64,000 nucleotides of DNA from Myxococcota bacterium (GTDB lineage: Bacteria; Myxococcota_A; UBA9160; JAFDDA01). The notes below the pieces were generated by a model, which saw only the letters and a program-made list of their open reading frames with translations, did not search any database and was not told the origin of the DNA. The stretch spans positions 3,712,001-3,776,000 of the forward strand of contig OZ245817.1 of NCBI GenBank assembly GCA_965228475.1. Direction: 5' to 3'. The position numbers and the translations under genes were made by a program. Within the stretch, counting starts at the first letter, position 1, and every line of letters starts with the position of its first letter. Of this stretch, positions 10,788 to 27,537 are shown piece after piece.

Positions 10788-11507
10788 TCAGGGCTTGCGG
10801 GCCCGCAGGTAGACGTGGTGACTGCCCAGCAGCACGGCGTCCGCGTTGCCGAGGTCCGTGGCGAAGGCCTTGCGGTTCCGCTTCGACGAGAACCCCGCGA
10901 GCAGCCGGACGAGGGCCGCGGCGATCCGCCACGGAAAGCCCGTGCGCTTGGCCTTCGCCGCCTCGAGGCCTTCGAACTCGAGGCCCGCGGCCTCGAGCCC
11001 GTCGAGCACCTGGGAGACGAGCAGCGGCTGGCGGAAGTTCGCGGCGGGCTCGCCGGCGTCGTGCTCCGTCGCGAGCCGGCTGATGTTGCGCGCGATGCCG
11101 CCGCCGAGCAGGAAGCGCACCCGCCGCGAGATGTGGGCGTAGTTCGGGAAGGAGACGAGCAGCGCGCCGCCCGGCCGCAGCACGCGCGCGTACTCGGCGA
11201 TGGCGTTCGCGGGGTTCCACAGGCGATGCAGGCCGTTCACCGAGACCACGAGATCGAAGCCGGCGTCTTCGAAGGGCAGCTTGCCCTGGTTGAGCTCGGT
11301 GGCCTGCACGGTGAGCCCGGGTGCGCGGAACATCGCCGGGTCGACGTCGGCGCAGGCGACGTCGAAGCCCGCGGCGGCGAGGCGCTCCGAGAGAGCACCC
11401 TGGCCGCACGGCGCGTCGAGCACGCGGCCGCGCGGCAGGCGCTCCGCCATCGCCAGGATCTGATCGTGGTTTTCGAGGCGGGTGATGGGCTTCGGGGCGT
11501 CGGACAA
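10788..11507 (-). CDS. Class I SAM-dependent methyltransferase
   Basis: TTG start after GAGGT; VLDAPCGQG, LPFEDAGFDLV, RVLRPGG..SFPN. Confidence 0.82.
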   Translation of the reverse strand: MSDAPKPITRLENHDQILAMAERLPRGRVLDAPCGQGALSERLAAAGFDVACADVDPAMFRAPGLTVQATELNQGKLPFEDAGFDLVVSVNGLHRLWNPANAIAEYARVLRPGGALLVSFPNYAHISRRVRFLLGGGIARNISRLATEHDAGEPAANFRQPLLVSQVLDGLEAAGLEFEGLEAAKAKRTGFPWRIAAALVRLLAGFSSKRNRKAFATDLGNADAVLLGSHHVYLRARKP

Positions 11508-11544
11508 CGGAGACCTCGGTTCGCGGCGCGGGCTGAGGATCGCC

Positions 11545-12540
11545 TCAGGCGCCGGTGATCTTTCGGAAGCGTTCGAGCTCGCGGGCGAGTTCGGCTTCGG
11601 CGCCGCCCTCCCCCTTCGCCGCCTTGCGCGCCCAGCGCAGGGCGTTCGCCAGGTACAGATCCGCGCGGAAGACGTCGGCCAGCGCATCGTAGTCCGGGCG
11701 CCGCCCGGGCGCCGCGTCGAAGTAGGCCGCGTGGAAGACGGCGATGCTCTCGGGCTCCCCGCGGCAGATGCGCTCCTCGATCCGGACGAGGTCCGTCAGG
11801 AAGGAGCCGAAGCCGCAGCGGTGGGGCTCGAGCACCCAGGCCTCCCCGGTCGAATCGACCATGACGTCGCTCTCGGTGCAGCGGCGGTGGTGGAGCTGGA
11901 AGGGGCCGACGCGCCGGAGCGCGGGGAAGCCCCGAAGCCACTCCCGATGCCGGGGGCCGAGGTCCGCCTCGATCGCGCCGAGCTTCGCCAGCGCCCGCGT
12001 CCACTCGCCGTGGCGTTTGATCAGGCGATAGCCGAAGGGGCCGACCCGCGGCTGGTGGAAGGAGCCGTGGTGGAAGCGGCGTTCGACCCCGTGCACGCGC
12101 GCGAAGGCGCGGCCCACCGCCGCGAAGCCCTCGTCGCCCGGCGCCCCGTCGACGGCGTTCCCGCCCTCGACGCGCGCCTCGCAGAGGAAGTAGAAGCCGG
12201 TCTCCTCCAGCGTGCGGCGGGTGAGGTCGGCGTGGAGGACCCGGGGCGTCGGCAGGCCGTGGCGGGTCCAGAACTCGGCGGTCTTGCGGCGGCGGCGGAG
12301 GTCCTTGCGGCCGCGGCCGTCGCGGCCCACGCGGACGACGAAGCCCTCGCCCCCTTCGAGCCGGCCCAGGAAGACGAGCGAGCTCCGGCCGAGGGCCGGC
12401 ACCTCGAGCTCGAAGGCCCGACCGGCCTGCCCGAGCGCCGGCAGGACGACCCGCTCGACCCCTGTGCGGACTGGCTCGAGGAGCGCCTGCCGCGTCTCGA
12501 GCACCGGGCTCGCCATCGGCGCCCTCCCCTCGTTCGCCAC
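11545..12540 (-). CDS. APH/choline-kinase-fold phosphotransferase-like protein with degenerate catalytic motifs
   Basis: [22 protein letters not shown] and G...DL spacing fit the APH fold; the HGD and DFE positions read HRR and EPH; start may be 12516. Confidence 0.6.
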   Translation of the reverse strand: MANEGRAPMASPVLETRQALLEPVRTGVERVVLPALGQAGRAFELEVPALGRSSLVFLGRLEGGEGFVVRVGRDGRGRKDLRRRRKTAEFWTRHGLPTPRVLHADLTRRTLEETGFYFLCEARVEGGNAVDGAPGDEGFAAVGRAFARVHGVERRFHHGSFHQPRVGPFGYRLIKRHGEWTRALAKLGAIEADLGPRHREWLRGFPALRRVGPFQLHHRRCTESDVMVDSTGEAWVLEPHRCGFGSFLTDLVRIEERICRGEPESIAVFHAAYFDAAPGRRPDYDALADVFRADLYLANALRWARKAAKGEGGAEAELARELERFRKITGA

Positions 12541-12609
12541 GGAGCATAACGGCCCCCGGGATGCCCCGCGGGGAAGGCTTGACCTGGACCGCCGGATGGC
12601 CGATCCTAT

Positions 12610-12629
12610 GCATCACCTTATCCGGATAT
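12610..12629. promoter_or_regulatory. Candidate operator upstream of ahcY-metH (SahR-like)
   Basis: GCATCA-N8-GGATAT imperfect dyad containing the palindrome TATCCGGATA, downstream of a TTGACC -35-like hexamer. Confidence 0.45.
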
Positions 12630-12694
12630 ATGATCCGACCCGGGCGGATGGCGCCCCGAGGCCTCCGCCCCATCCACACCACCAGGAGAATCCG

Positions 12695-14152
<1,458 letters not shown>

Positions 14153-14162
14153 GAGAACCCCC

Positions 14163-17857
<3,695 letters not shown>

Positions 17858-17861
<4 letters not shown>

Positions 17862-18787
17862 CGGCCGCCGAGCTCGAGCCGGACCCCGTCGAAGCGGACG
17901 AGGCGGTCTTCGTCCGCCACGCGGGACCACTCGAACCCGTCGAGCAGCTCGGCGGGCGTCGTCGGCTCTTCGCGGTCGCGCAGACCGCACGCCGTGGCCA
18001 GGAAACCGATCAACGCCCTCGCCCCGTACCCGGCGTCGCGCAGGGCCGGTAGTCCCACGGCACCGTGGAACTTTGCGAGCTTCTCCCCGCGCTCCTCGAG
18101 CAGGAGGAGGTGGTGCCGGTACGAGGGGGCGGGCCACCCGAGCATGCTGCGCAGCCGGAGCTGCACGGCGGTGGTCCCGGCGAGGTCCCGGCCGCGAACG
18201 ATGCGGGTGACGCCCGATGCCGCGTCGTCGACGACCGAGGCCAGGTGATAGGCGACGGCGCCGTCGCGGCGGCGGAGCACCGGGTCGCCGTAGGCCGCGG
18301 CGGGGTCTTCGCCGAGGTCCGCTCCCGCTTCGTCGCGGCAGGCGATCATGCCCTCCGGGAGCACGACACGCAGCGGCTCCCCGCTCTCCCGCCAGCCGCC
18401 GGACGGAAGCGGCCGGCCGCGACACGTGCCCGGATAGCGGTAGCTACCGTCGGGCGCGCGCAGACCGTGGGATTTGTGCGTGGCGCGCGAACACGCGCAG
18501 GGATAGAGCCGCCCTTCGGCGGCGAAGCGGTCGAGCGCCTGCTCGTGGGCGGCAGCGTTGGCCGACTGGCGGACGGTCTCGTCCCAATCGAGGCCGAGCC
18601 AGGCGAGCCCCTCGGTCATGCCCGTCACGAACTCGGGCTTGCAGCGGACGGGATCGAGGTCCTCGAGGCGCAGGAGGACACGGTCGCCGCGGGAGCGGGC
18701 ATCGAGCCAGCACAGGAGTGCGGCCAGCAGCGTCCCGGGGTGCGGGTCACCCGTGGTCGAAGGAGCGAAACGTCCGGTTCCGGGCAT
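17858..18787 (-). CDS. gluQ: Glutamyl-Q tRNA(Asp) synthetase-like protein
   Basis: [48 protein letters not shown]; no anticodon-binding domain. Confidence 0.85.
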
Positions 18788-18813
18788 CGCGGGGAGCCTA
18801 CGGCGCCGCCCGG

Positions 18814-19404
18814 TCAAGCGCCCGTGAGCTGATCGTGTGCGAGGTCCCGGCAGGCCTCGAGCATGGCGGCCGCGAGGCCTTCGTCCTCCAGGGCGCGGGC
18901 GATGGTGAGCCCGCCGATGCAGAGGCCGATCGTCGCGAGCGCACGCGGGTCCGGCGAACCCTGGCCGCGTCGCCTCGCGAGCCCTCGCTCGAACTCCGCC
19001 ACGAGTTCCCGGACGTTCGCCGTGTGGTTGCGCCGCGCGCGCTTGCTCGCGCGGGCGACGTCGACCGAAAGCGAGGCCATCTCGCAGCCAGGCCCGACCC
19101 GCTCCCGGTTGGCCGGATCCAGATACCCGTCGACGAGGGCCAGGGCTTCCTCGACCAGCTCGCTGCGCGTCTCTCCCCCGCGGCCCTTCATGCGCGTCAC
19201 GAAGTCGGGCTCCCGGGCCATCGCCTCGGCGAACAGCTCGGCCTTCGAGCGGAAGTGCTTGTAGAAGCCCCCCCGCGTGAGCCCGGCTGCCGCCATCAGC
19301 GCGTCGAGGCTCGTGCCGTCGTACCCCTTCCGGCGGAACAGGCGTCTCGCCTCGTCGACGATCCGCTCGCGAGTCCGCCGTTTGTGCTCCGCCGAGTAGC
19401 GCAC
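18814..19404 (-). CDS. TetR family transcriptional regulator
   Basis: [28 protein letters not shown] helix-turn-helix. Confidence 0.9.
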   Translation of the reverse strand: MRYSAEHKRRTRERIVDEARRLFRRKGYDGTSLDALMAAAGLTRGGFYKHFRSKAELFAEAMAREPDFVTRMKGRGGETRSELVEEALALVDGYLDPANRERVGPGCEMASLSVDVARASKRARRNHTANVRELVAEFERGLARRRGQGSPDPRALATIGLCIGGLTIARALEDEGLAAAMLEACRDLAHDQLTGA

Positions 19405-19461
19405 TTGACCTCCGGCCCGGTTCTTCCGTAAGCTCCGATGGGATTACATATAACATCCCAT
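19405..19461 (+). promoter_or_regulatory. Sigma70-like promoter with a dyad operator between the divergent TetR and GST genes
   Basis: TTGACC-N18-TAAGCT, then ATGGGAT-N10-ATCCCAT (19438-19461). Confidence 0.6.
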
Positions 19462-19513
19462 GGACGAACCGACATCCCATCCATCGAATCATCGATCGCG
19501 CGAAGGATCCACC

Positions 19514-20272
19514 ATGGCCGAATACGAACTCGTGATGTTCAACCGCAGCCACTACAACGAGAAGGTCCGCTGGGGGCTCGACTGGAAGCGGATCCCCCAC
19601 CGCCGCACGCCGCTCCTCCCCGGCCCCCACGCCGGAACCGTCACCAAGCTGACGGGTCAGACGGCCGTGCCGGTCCTGAAGATCGACGGCACGGCCCTCC
19701 ACGACTCCGCGCGCATCCTCGACGAGCTCGAGCGCCGACATCCGGAGCCCGCCCTCTACCCGGCCGACGCTGCCGACCGCGAGCGGGCCCTCGGGATCCA
19801 GAAGCACTTCGACGAAGAGGTCGGCCCGAAGATCCGCCGCGCGCTGTTCTCGATCCTGATCGAAGAGCCCGCATACCTCGCGGCGACCTTCGCCGGCCAC
19901 AAGAGTGGGTTCGTCCGGGCGCTCTACGGCGGAATCTTCCCGCTCGTGAAGAACAAGATGAAGCGCGAGATGAAGGTCGAGGAGCCTCACGTCGGCGAGG
20001 CGTTCGAGGCGACCCGCCAGGCCTTCGACTGGGTGGAGAAGCACGCCGGCCCGTCCGGCTACCTCGTCGGCGACCGCTTCAGCATCGCCGACCTCACCGC
20101 CGCCGCGCTGCTCGCGCCGGGCGTCGCCGTCGATCATCCCGACATGAAGAAGGCCGAACCGATGCCGGCGAGCGTCGAGGAGTGGGTCTCGCGCTGGAGC
20201 GACCACCCGGGAGCGAAGTGGGTGCAGGGGATCTACGCGAAGCACCGCCCCGGGCGCGCGCCCGAGGCCTAG
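19514..20272 (+). CDS. Glutathione S-transferase family protein
   Basis: [31 protein letters not shown]. Confidence 0.88.
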   Translation: MAEYELVMFNRSHYNEKVRWGLDWKRIPHRRTPLLPGPHAGTVTKLTGQTAVPVLKIDGTALHDSARILDELERRHPEPALYPADAADRERALGIQKHFDEEVGPKIRRALFSILIEEPAYLAATFAGHKSGFVRALYGGIFPLVKNKMKREMKVEEPHVGEAFEATRQAFDWVEKHAGPSGYLVGDRFSIADLTAAALLAPGVAVDHPDMKKAEPMPASVEEWVSRWSDHPGAKWVQGIYAKHRPGRAPEA

Positions 20273-20287
20273 ACAGCGCCGGGCCGG

Positions 20288-21941
<1,654 letters not shown>

Positions 21942-21945
<4 letters not shown>

Positions 21946-22205
21946 GTGAAGAGCGGCCCCTCGGCGTAATCGAGGCGTTCAACGTCGTGCGCGACCAGTG
22001 CCCGAACGGCGCGGTCCAGCGCGTCGCGCGGCAGGGGCTCGAAGCCATCGCAAAGGACGGCGCGTCCGCGCTCCCGGTCCAGGCCTTCTACCTGCTCACG
22101 GCGGCCCGAGGCTGGCAGGGCCCCCAGGCCAACCGCGTGAAGGCCGCCCTCGAGGCGTTCCTCGCGGACCACGAGAAGAGCGCCGGCTCGGGGAGCTCCT
22201 CCTGA
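21942..22205 (+). CDS. Hypothetical small helical protein
   Basis: ATGA overlap with the upstream gene; normal codon usage; no recognised motif. Confidence 0.65.
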
Positions 22206-22927
22206 GCGAGCTCGAGTGGGCCGGCCTCACGGCCGCCCTCTTCTTCGGCGCCGCCCTCCAGAGCTTCCTCGGCTTCGGCTACGGGATCGTCGCGATGAGC
22301 GTCCTCGCCGTGAAGCTCGGCGTCGTCCAGGCCTCGGGCATCGTCAACGTGACGGCCTTCATCCAGGTCGCCTGGGTGGCCTGGGCGCTGCGCAAGCAGA
22401 TCCGCCTCGACTACGTGGTGCGCCTCCTTCCCGGCATGGCCGTCGGGCTCGGCGTCGGCCTCCTCGCCTTGAAGAACGTGGACCCGACCTGGCTGATCCG
22501 CGGTCTCGGCGCGACCATCTTCGGCATCGCCGTCTGGAACGTGACGGCCACGCGCGGCCACGGCGAAGGCTCCCGCTTCTGGGAATTCGTCGTCGGCTTC
22601 TCCTCGGGAACGATCGGCGGGGCCTTCAACACGGGCGGACCGCCGATCGTCGCCTATCTCTATCGGCGGGCCGACTCGCCGGAGGTCCTGAAGGCGACGG
22701 TCCAGATGACCTTCCTCTCCTTCACCGTCGTTCGCTTTGCCACGGCCTCGAGCGTCGGACTCATCGACCGGGAGATCCTGCGGCTCGCGGCCTGGTTCAC
22801 CCCCGTGGTGATCGGCGGCGCGGTGACGGGCCTCGTGCTCGCGCGCCGGGTTTCCGCCGAGCGCTTCCGGACGATCAGCTGGATCGCGCTCGGCATGCTC
22901 GGCCTCCTGCTCATCGTGCGGGCCTGA
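22202..22927 (+). CDS. TauE/SafE (TSUP) family membrane transporter
   Basis: LQSFLGFGYG, GGAFNTGGPP, multiple TM helices; start uncertain (CTG at 22202 proposed). Confidence 0.78.
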   Translation: MSELEWAGLTAALFFGAALQSFLGFGYGIVAMSVLAVKLGVVQASGIVNVTAFIQVAWVAWALRKQIRLDYVVRLLPGMAVGLGVGLLALKNVDPTWLIRGLGATIFGIAVWNVTATRGHGEGSRFWEFVVGFSSGTIGGAFNTGGPPIVAYLYRRADSPEVLKATVQMTFLSFTVVRFATASSVGLIDREILRLAAWFTPVVIGGAVTGLVLARRVSAERFRTISWIALGMLGLLLIVRA

Positions 22928-22980
22928 CGCCCGTTTTCGGCTGGCCGCCGGCCCCCGCATCCGCGAAGCTCCGCGCACCC

Positions 22981-23805
22981 ATGGCGCCGCGAAAGAACAA
23001 GACCCGGCAGCGGACGGAAGCCTCGCGCGCGGACAAGTACGTGCTCTACGAGCGCGCCGTCCAGGTCCCCGAGGCCGACGTGCGTTTCCTGCGGCGCATC
23101 TACCGCCAGCACTTCGGCCGGGAAGCGCGCACCCTGCGCGAGGACTTCTGCGGCACCGCGGCGCTGTGCTGCGCCTGGGTGAAATCGAACGCAGCGAACC
23201 GTGCCTTCGGCGTCGATCTCGACCCCGAGCCCCTCGCGTTCGGCCGGGAGCACCATCTCGGTGCGCTCGCGCCTTCGGCCGAGGCCCGCGTCCGGCTCTT
23301 CGAAGGCGACGTCCGCTCGGTCACCCACGAGAAGGTGGACGTGACCGTCGGCTTCAACTTCTCGTACTTCCTGTTCAAGAGCCGGCCCGCCCTGCTCGAA
23401 TACTTCCGCCATGCGCGCACCACGCTGAAGTCCGAGGGCCTCTTCGTGCTCGACATCTTCGGCGGCTGCGACGCCCACCGGCAGATGGAGGAAGACACCG
23501 ACCACGGCGACTTCGTCTACACCTGGGAACAGGCGCGCTACGACCCGATCGCCATGGAAGTGCTCTGCCACATCCACTTCGAGTTCCCGGACGGGAGCCG
23601 CAAGGCGCGCGCCTTCACCTACGACTGGCGCCTGTGGTCGATCCGCGAGATCCGGGAACTCCTCGCCGAGGCGGGGTTCTCGGGGTCCCAGGTCTACTGG
23701 GAAGGCACGGACCGCAGCACCAACTCCGGCAACGGCATCTACACCCTGCGCGAGCAGGCGCCGGACGACCCGGCCTTCGTCGCCTACGTCGCCGCCCGCC
23801 CCTGA
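22981..23805 (+). CDS. Class I SAM-dependent methyltransferase
   Basis: LYERAVQ, REDFCGTA, GVDLD, FNFSYF, FTYDWRLW. Confidence 0.8.
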   Translation: MAPRKNKTRQRTEASRADKYVLYERAVQVPEADVRFLRRIYRQHFGREARTLREDFCGTAALCCAWVKSNAANRAFGVDLDPEPLAFGREHHLGALAPSAEARVRLFEGDVRSVTHEKVDVTVGFNFSYFLFKSRPALLEYFRHARTTLKSEGLFVLDIFGGCDAHRQMEEDTDHGDFVYTWEQARYDPIAMEVLCHIHFEFPDGSRKARAFTYDWRLWSIREIRELLAEAGFSGSQVYWEGTDRSTNSGNGIYTLREQAPDDPAFVAYVAARP

Positions 23806-23815
23806 CCGGACAGGC

Positions 23816-26047
23816 TCAGGGTGTGACGTAGATCGGTGAGGACCAGGCGCGCTCCTGGTTTTCCGAGAGGCACTCGTCGGACTTGTCGGTCTGGTAGTCG
23901 CCGTAGCAGGGGTCGACCTCGATGCAGTTGCCTTCCGCGTCGTACTTGCATCGGAGGTTTCCCGCGTTGATCGCCGGGGTCGGCTCCTGGATGGCGCGAA
24001 CGTAGTAGACGGCCTCGCGGCCGCCGGCCATGAACTCCGGGTCCTCGAACTCGATGGCGCATCCGTTCGGATCCGGCGCACAGGCGAACTGACGCCAGGG
24101 GTCTTCGATCAGGTCCTCGACCGGCTCGTCCGGCCGGACCTGCGGCCGGATGCGGACCACGTCGATGCGCTCGATCCGCCGCCGTTCGTCGCTCGGGTTG
24201 TGACACTCGCCCCGGCAGAGTTTCTCGAGACGCTCGGCGCCGAGGCCCCGCACGGCGTACTCCGGGCAGCCCTCCTGCTGGATCGGCGCACCGACGGCGC
24301 GGACGCTGAACCGCGGCGCGCCGGAGACGGCCGACTCGCCACCCATCGCCACGCGTCCCTCGGCCCCGTTCACGAGGTCGAACCAGAGGAGCATCTGCTC
24401 GCCGGAGGTCGCGTAGACCTCCTTGCGATCGAGCGCGTTCCAGATGGCGTCGCGGCCCCGGCCCTCGGCGTGGACGGCGACGAGCCCACCCGTCATGAAG
24501 AAGGATGTCTGCCGCTCGTTGTAGGCGTTGCGCAGGAACTCGCCGAGGTGCGCGAACTCGCGCGCCGGCAGGGACTCGGGCGTGGGCTCGAGGGGCTTGC
24601 CGTTGATGCGGTCTCGCCAGGTCTCGTCCATCGGCCCGGAGGCCTCGGTCGTGTCGTGCCGGTCGCGCTCCTTGTAGCCCGTGCCCGGCCGGGCCGCGTG
24701 GTTGTCGCTCGACCCGATGAAACCGAACCGGAAGCGTCGCGGCTCCCCGGACTCGTCGAAGTTGGAGATGGCGAGCGCGTACTGGCTCGAGCCGGCGGGC
24801 CGGTAGCCGTAGGCGGGGTTGTAGCAGTCGTGGCACTGGCCGCAGCCGAGCCAATCCTCGACGGTCGCACCGGGCACGGTCTGGTAGCCGGTGATGCCGC
24901 CTTCGATGTAGTTGGCGCGGGCCGTCTCGACGCGCGCCTCGCAGGCTTCGTCCGACACGTCCTCTGCGCAGCGCGCCCGGATGATCTCGCCGGCGCGCCA
25001 GCAGCATGGCTCGTAGCCGTCGCTCGGTTCCGGGCAGACCTTCTCGCCCGAAGCGTCGTAGGCCACCTCCCGCCAGCCGCGGTACTCCTCGGAATTCCCG
25101 TGACCGGAATAGATCTCGACGAGCTTCTGGTACTCCGGGTCGTGCATCTCCCCGGCGAGCTGCTTGTCCCAGCTCGTGCCGAGGGGCGAGTAGAACCCCC
25201 AGGTGTTCCCGTGCGGAATCACCAGAGCCTCCCATCCGCCCTGGGAGAGCTTCTCGTAGAGAACGTCGGGCGTGGGCGCCGCTTCGTGGCAGTCGTCGGG
25301 CAGCTCGCGGGTGTCCACGCCGACCTCGCAGGCGGGAACGGCGCGGAACTCGCGCTGGTACTTCCCGATGTCGAGCACGCGCTGGGTGTCCGGCGCAAGG
25401 ATCGGGAGGGCGAGCTGCGCAATCCACGAGACTTCGATGTCCGGGCGGGGTGCATCGGGGTCGACCGAGCTGATCGGACGCGGCGGGATCTCCGCGTCGT
25501 CGAGATCGCGAAGGATCACGTTCTTGTGCCCGTAGTGCGCCTCGGCGGTCGGGCGGATGTGCGACCACTCCCAACCCAGGAAGGAGACGAGGTCGGGGTT
25601 CGTCGGATCCCCGGCGCGGGCGTTGCACTCGCGGATCGCGTCCTGGGTTTCCTCCCAGTGGAGCGGGGTCAGCGCTTCGGCGTGGTCGTTGATGCTCCAG
25701 AAATCGAGCGCCGAGCAGTAGCGCGCGTAGTCGCAGGCATCCGACGGCGGGTGGGCGCCGTCGCCCTGCAGGATCGCCAGGCTCGTGAGGAAGGCGTCGG
25801 CGGAGAAGGTCGTGTGGACGTGGAGGTCGCCGAACAGGATCTGCTTTCGCGGCCGCTGGTCGTAGCCGACGCCGCGGAAGATGCCGTCGGTGGCGATCGC
25901 CTGGCGGGCGACGCGCTCCTTCACGGCATCGCGGCCGAGGCCTTCGCCCTGGATCTCCCCCGGGCCTTCGTGTTCCCCGCATGCGAGCAAGGCCAGCGCC
26001 AGCGTCGCGGCGAGCGCGACCCGTCCCCCCGAGAACCCCTCGAACAT
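23816..26047 (-). CDS. DUF3604 family lipoprotein (PHP-like metal-binding fold)
   Basis: Lipobox LLAC; FGDLHVHT..SAD, NDHAE, GWEWS, GSSDNH, YYVRAIQEPT, QERAWSSPI. Confidence 0.82.
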   Translation of the reverse strand: MFEGFSGGRVALAATLALALLACGEHEGPGEIQGEGLGRDAVKERVARQAIATDGIFRGVGYDQRPRKQILFGDLHVHTTFSADAFLTSLAILQGDGAHPPSDACDYARYCSALDFWSINDHAEALTPLHWEETQDAIRECNARAGDPTNPDLVSFLGWEWSHIRPTAEAHYGHKNVILRDLDDAEIPPRPISSVDPDAPRPDIEVSWIAQLALPILAPDTQRVLDIGKYQREFRAVPACEVGVDTRELPDDCHEAAPTPDVLYEKLSQGGWEALVIPHGNTWGFYSPLGTSWDKQLAGEMHDPEYQKLVEIYSGHGNSEEYRGWREVAYDASGEKVCPEPSDGYEPCCWRAGEIIRARCAEDVSDEACEARVETARANYIEGGITGYQTVPGATVEDWLGCGQCHDCYNPAYGYRPAGSSQYALAISNFDESGEPRRFRFGFIGSSDNHAARPGTGYKERDRHDTTEASGPMDETWRDRINGKPLEPTPESLPAREFAHLGEFLRNAYNERQTSFFMTGGLVAVHAEGRGRDAIWNALDRKEVYATSGEQMLLWFDLVNGAEGRVAMGGESAVSGAPRFSVRAVGAPIQQEGCPEYAVRGLGAERLEKLCRGECHNPSDERRRIERIDVVRIRPQVRPDEPVEDLIEDPWRQFACAPDPNGCAIEFEDPEFMAGGREAVYYVRAIQEPTPAINAGNLRCKYDAEGNCIEVDPCYGDYQTDKSDECLSENQERAWSSPIYVTP

Positions 26048-26103
26048 TCCTCTCCCCTTCCCTTCCAGGATCCGCAGCGGCGTGGCGCTGGGTGAGTCCA
26101 ACC

Positions 26104-26841
26104 CTAGAGCTTCTCCGGCGCGTCGAAGCGACCGTGCATGTGCTGCATCCACACGCTCATGATCGGGCTGCGCGGCAGGCCGAGGCCGCGAAGCTGGTCC
26201 GCGATGGCGTGGTCGCCGAGCTCGAGTTCGACGCCCCGGCGCGAGAGCCCCACCCCGCGCGCCCCCGACGTGAAGGGCGTCCGGTGCGGGACGCCTTCGA
26301 TCCACGTGTAGGTCGTCATCTCCCGGTCCGGCAGGTCGCGCTCCCCCTCGGGCGTCACGCGCAGCGTGAGCACGTGGCGTCCGTCCGAATCCCAGCGGCA
26401 GGCCAGCCGCTCGCCTTCGCGTTCGAACTCGATGGTCTCGACGGTCTTCGGGAAGCCCCAGATCCCGCAGCCCGCCTCGCAGGTGAAGGATTGGTTCACG
26501 GGCAGGCGCCAGATGTACGTCCCGAGCTTGCCGCGGGTCATGTCGATCCACGTCCCGAGATAGGGAATGCCGGCGGGGGCCGTTCGCTCGCGCACGAAGA
26601 AGGCGATGGAGATCTCGTTGTAGTCGCCGAGGTCGTTGTCCTGGTAGTCGATGCAGGCGATGCTGCAGAGCGCACGGCCCGGGAGCGGCTCGGCGAGTAC
26701 GACCTCGTCGCCCGGCAGCAGACGGCGCGCGGCGGCGGCGTTCACGAGGAAGGTGGCGTTCCCCGAAGATGCCGCTCGCACGTCGCACGGCAGGGTCACG
26801 GTCCGGCCCTGGAATTGGTAGTTCGGCTGGCTGGGAGTCAT
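26104..26841 (-). CDS. Acetoacetate decarboxylase family protein
   Basis: DYQDNDLGDYNE, LPV, AG..IWGFPK. Confidence 0.8.
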   Translation of the reverse strand: MTPSQPNYQFQGRTVTLPCDVRAASSGNATFLVNAAAARRLLPGDEVVLAEPLPGRALCSIACIDYQDNDLGDYNEISIAFFVRERTAPAGIPYLGTWIDMTRGKLGTYIWRLPVNQSFTCEAGCGIWGFPKTVETIEFEREGERLACRWDSDGRHVLTLRVTPEGERDLPDREMTTYTWIEGVPHRTPFTSGARGVGLSRRGVELELGDHAIADQLRGLGLPRSPIMSVWMQHMHGRFDAPEKL

Positions 26842-26973
26842 GGCTTTCCTCGCGGGAACCCGAGCCCATGGTGGGCGTGCGGGGTGGCGCCGTCAACCGC
26901 GTTCCGGCTCTGGAGGGCCGGCGGATGGCCTTCCGTCGTGACTCCCCACACACCGGGCGACTATCCTCCGCAG

Positions 26974-27537
26974 ATGGGCGACCGGAGCAGGCTCGAGCGG
27001 GGCAAGACCGTCTACCTCCACGCACCCGGCGCGCGGGACCGCGAGGAGTTCCTCGCACTCGGCCGCGCGAGCCGGAAGCTCCACCGGGGCTGGGTCACTC
27101 CACCGGCCGACGCGGAGGCCTTCGCGGCCTACTGCAAGAGGGTGCGCGGAGACCGCTACGCGGGCTTCCTGCTTCGCCGGAACGAAGACGATGCGCTGCT
27201 CGGCATGGTGAACGTCAACGAGATCGTTCGCGGCGCCTTCCAGAGCGGATTCCTCGGCTATTGGATCGGCGCGCCCTTCGCGGGCCAGGGCTACATGACC
27301 GAAGGGCTCGGCCTCGTGCTGCGCCACGCCTTCGGCCCGCTCCGGCTCCACCGGGTGGAGGCCAACGTCCAACCGGAGAACGCGGCCTCCCGCGCGCTCG
27401 TCCTGCGCCTGGGCTTCCGCCTCGAAGGGCGCTCGCCGCGCTACCTCAAGATCGGCGGCCGCTGGCGCGACCACGACCGCTTCGCCCTGACGAAGGAAGA
27501 CTGGCGCCGCACACCGAGGACGCGCCGCGCTCGCTAG
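26974..27537 (+). CDS. RimJ/RimL-type GNAT N-acetyltransferase
   Basis: FQSGFLGYW..GQGYMTE, LHRVEANVQPEN..S, YLKIGGRWRDH. Confidence 0.88.
   Translation: MGDRSRLERGKTVYLHAPGARDREEFLALGRASRKLHRGWVTPPADAEAFAAYCKRVRGDRYAGFLLRRNEDDALLGMVNVNEIVRGAFQSGFLGYWIGAPFAGQGYMTEGLGLVLRHAFGPLRLHRVEANVQPENAASRALVLRLGFRLEGRSPRYLKIGGRWRDHDRFALTKEDWRRTPRTRRAR

Noticed and set aside
12541..12694. SAH or SAM riboswitch upstream of ahcY
   Set aside because: I could not find the conserved core by eye; a covariance-model search is needed to exclude it fully
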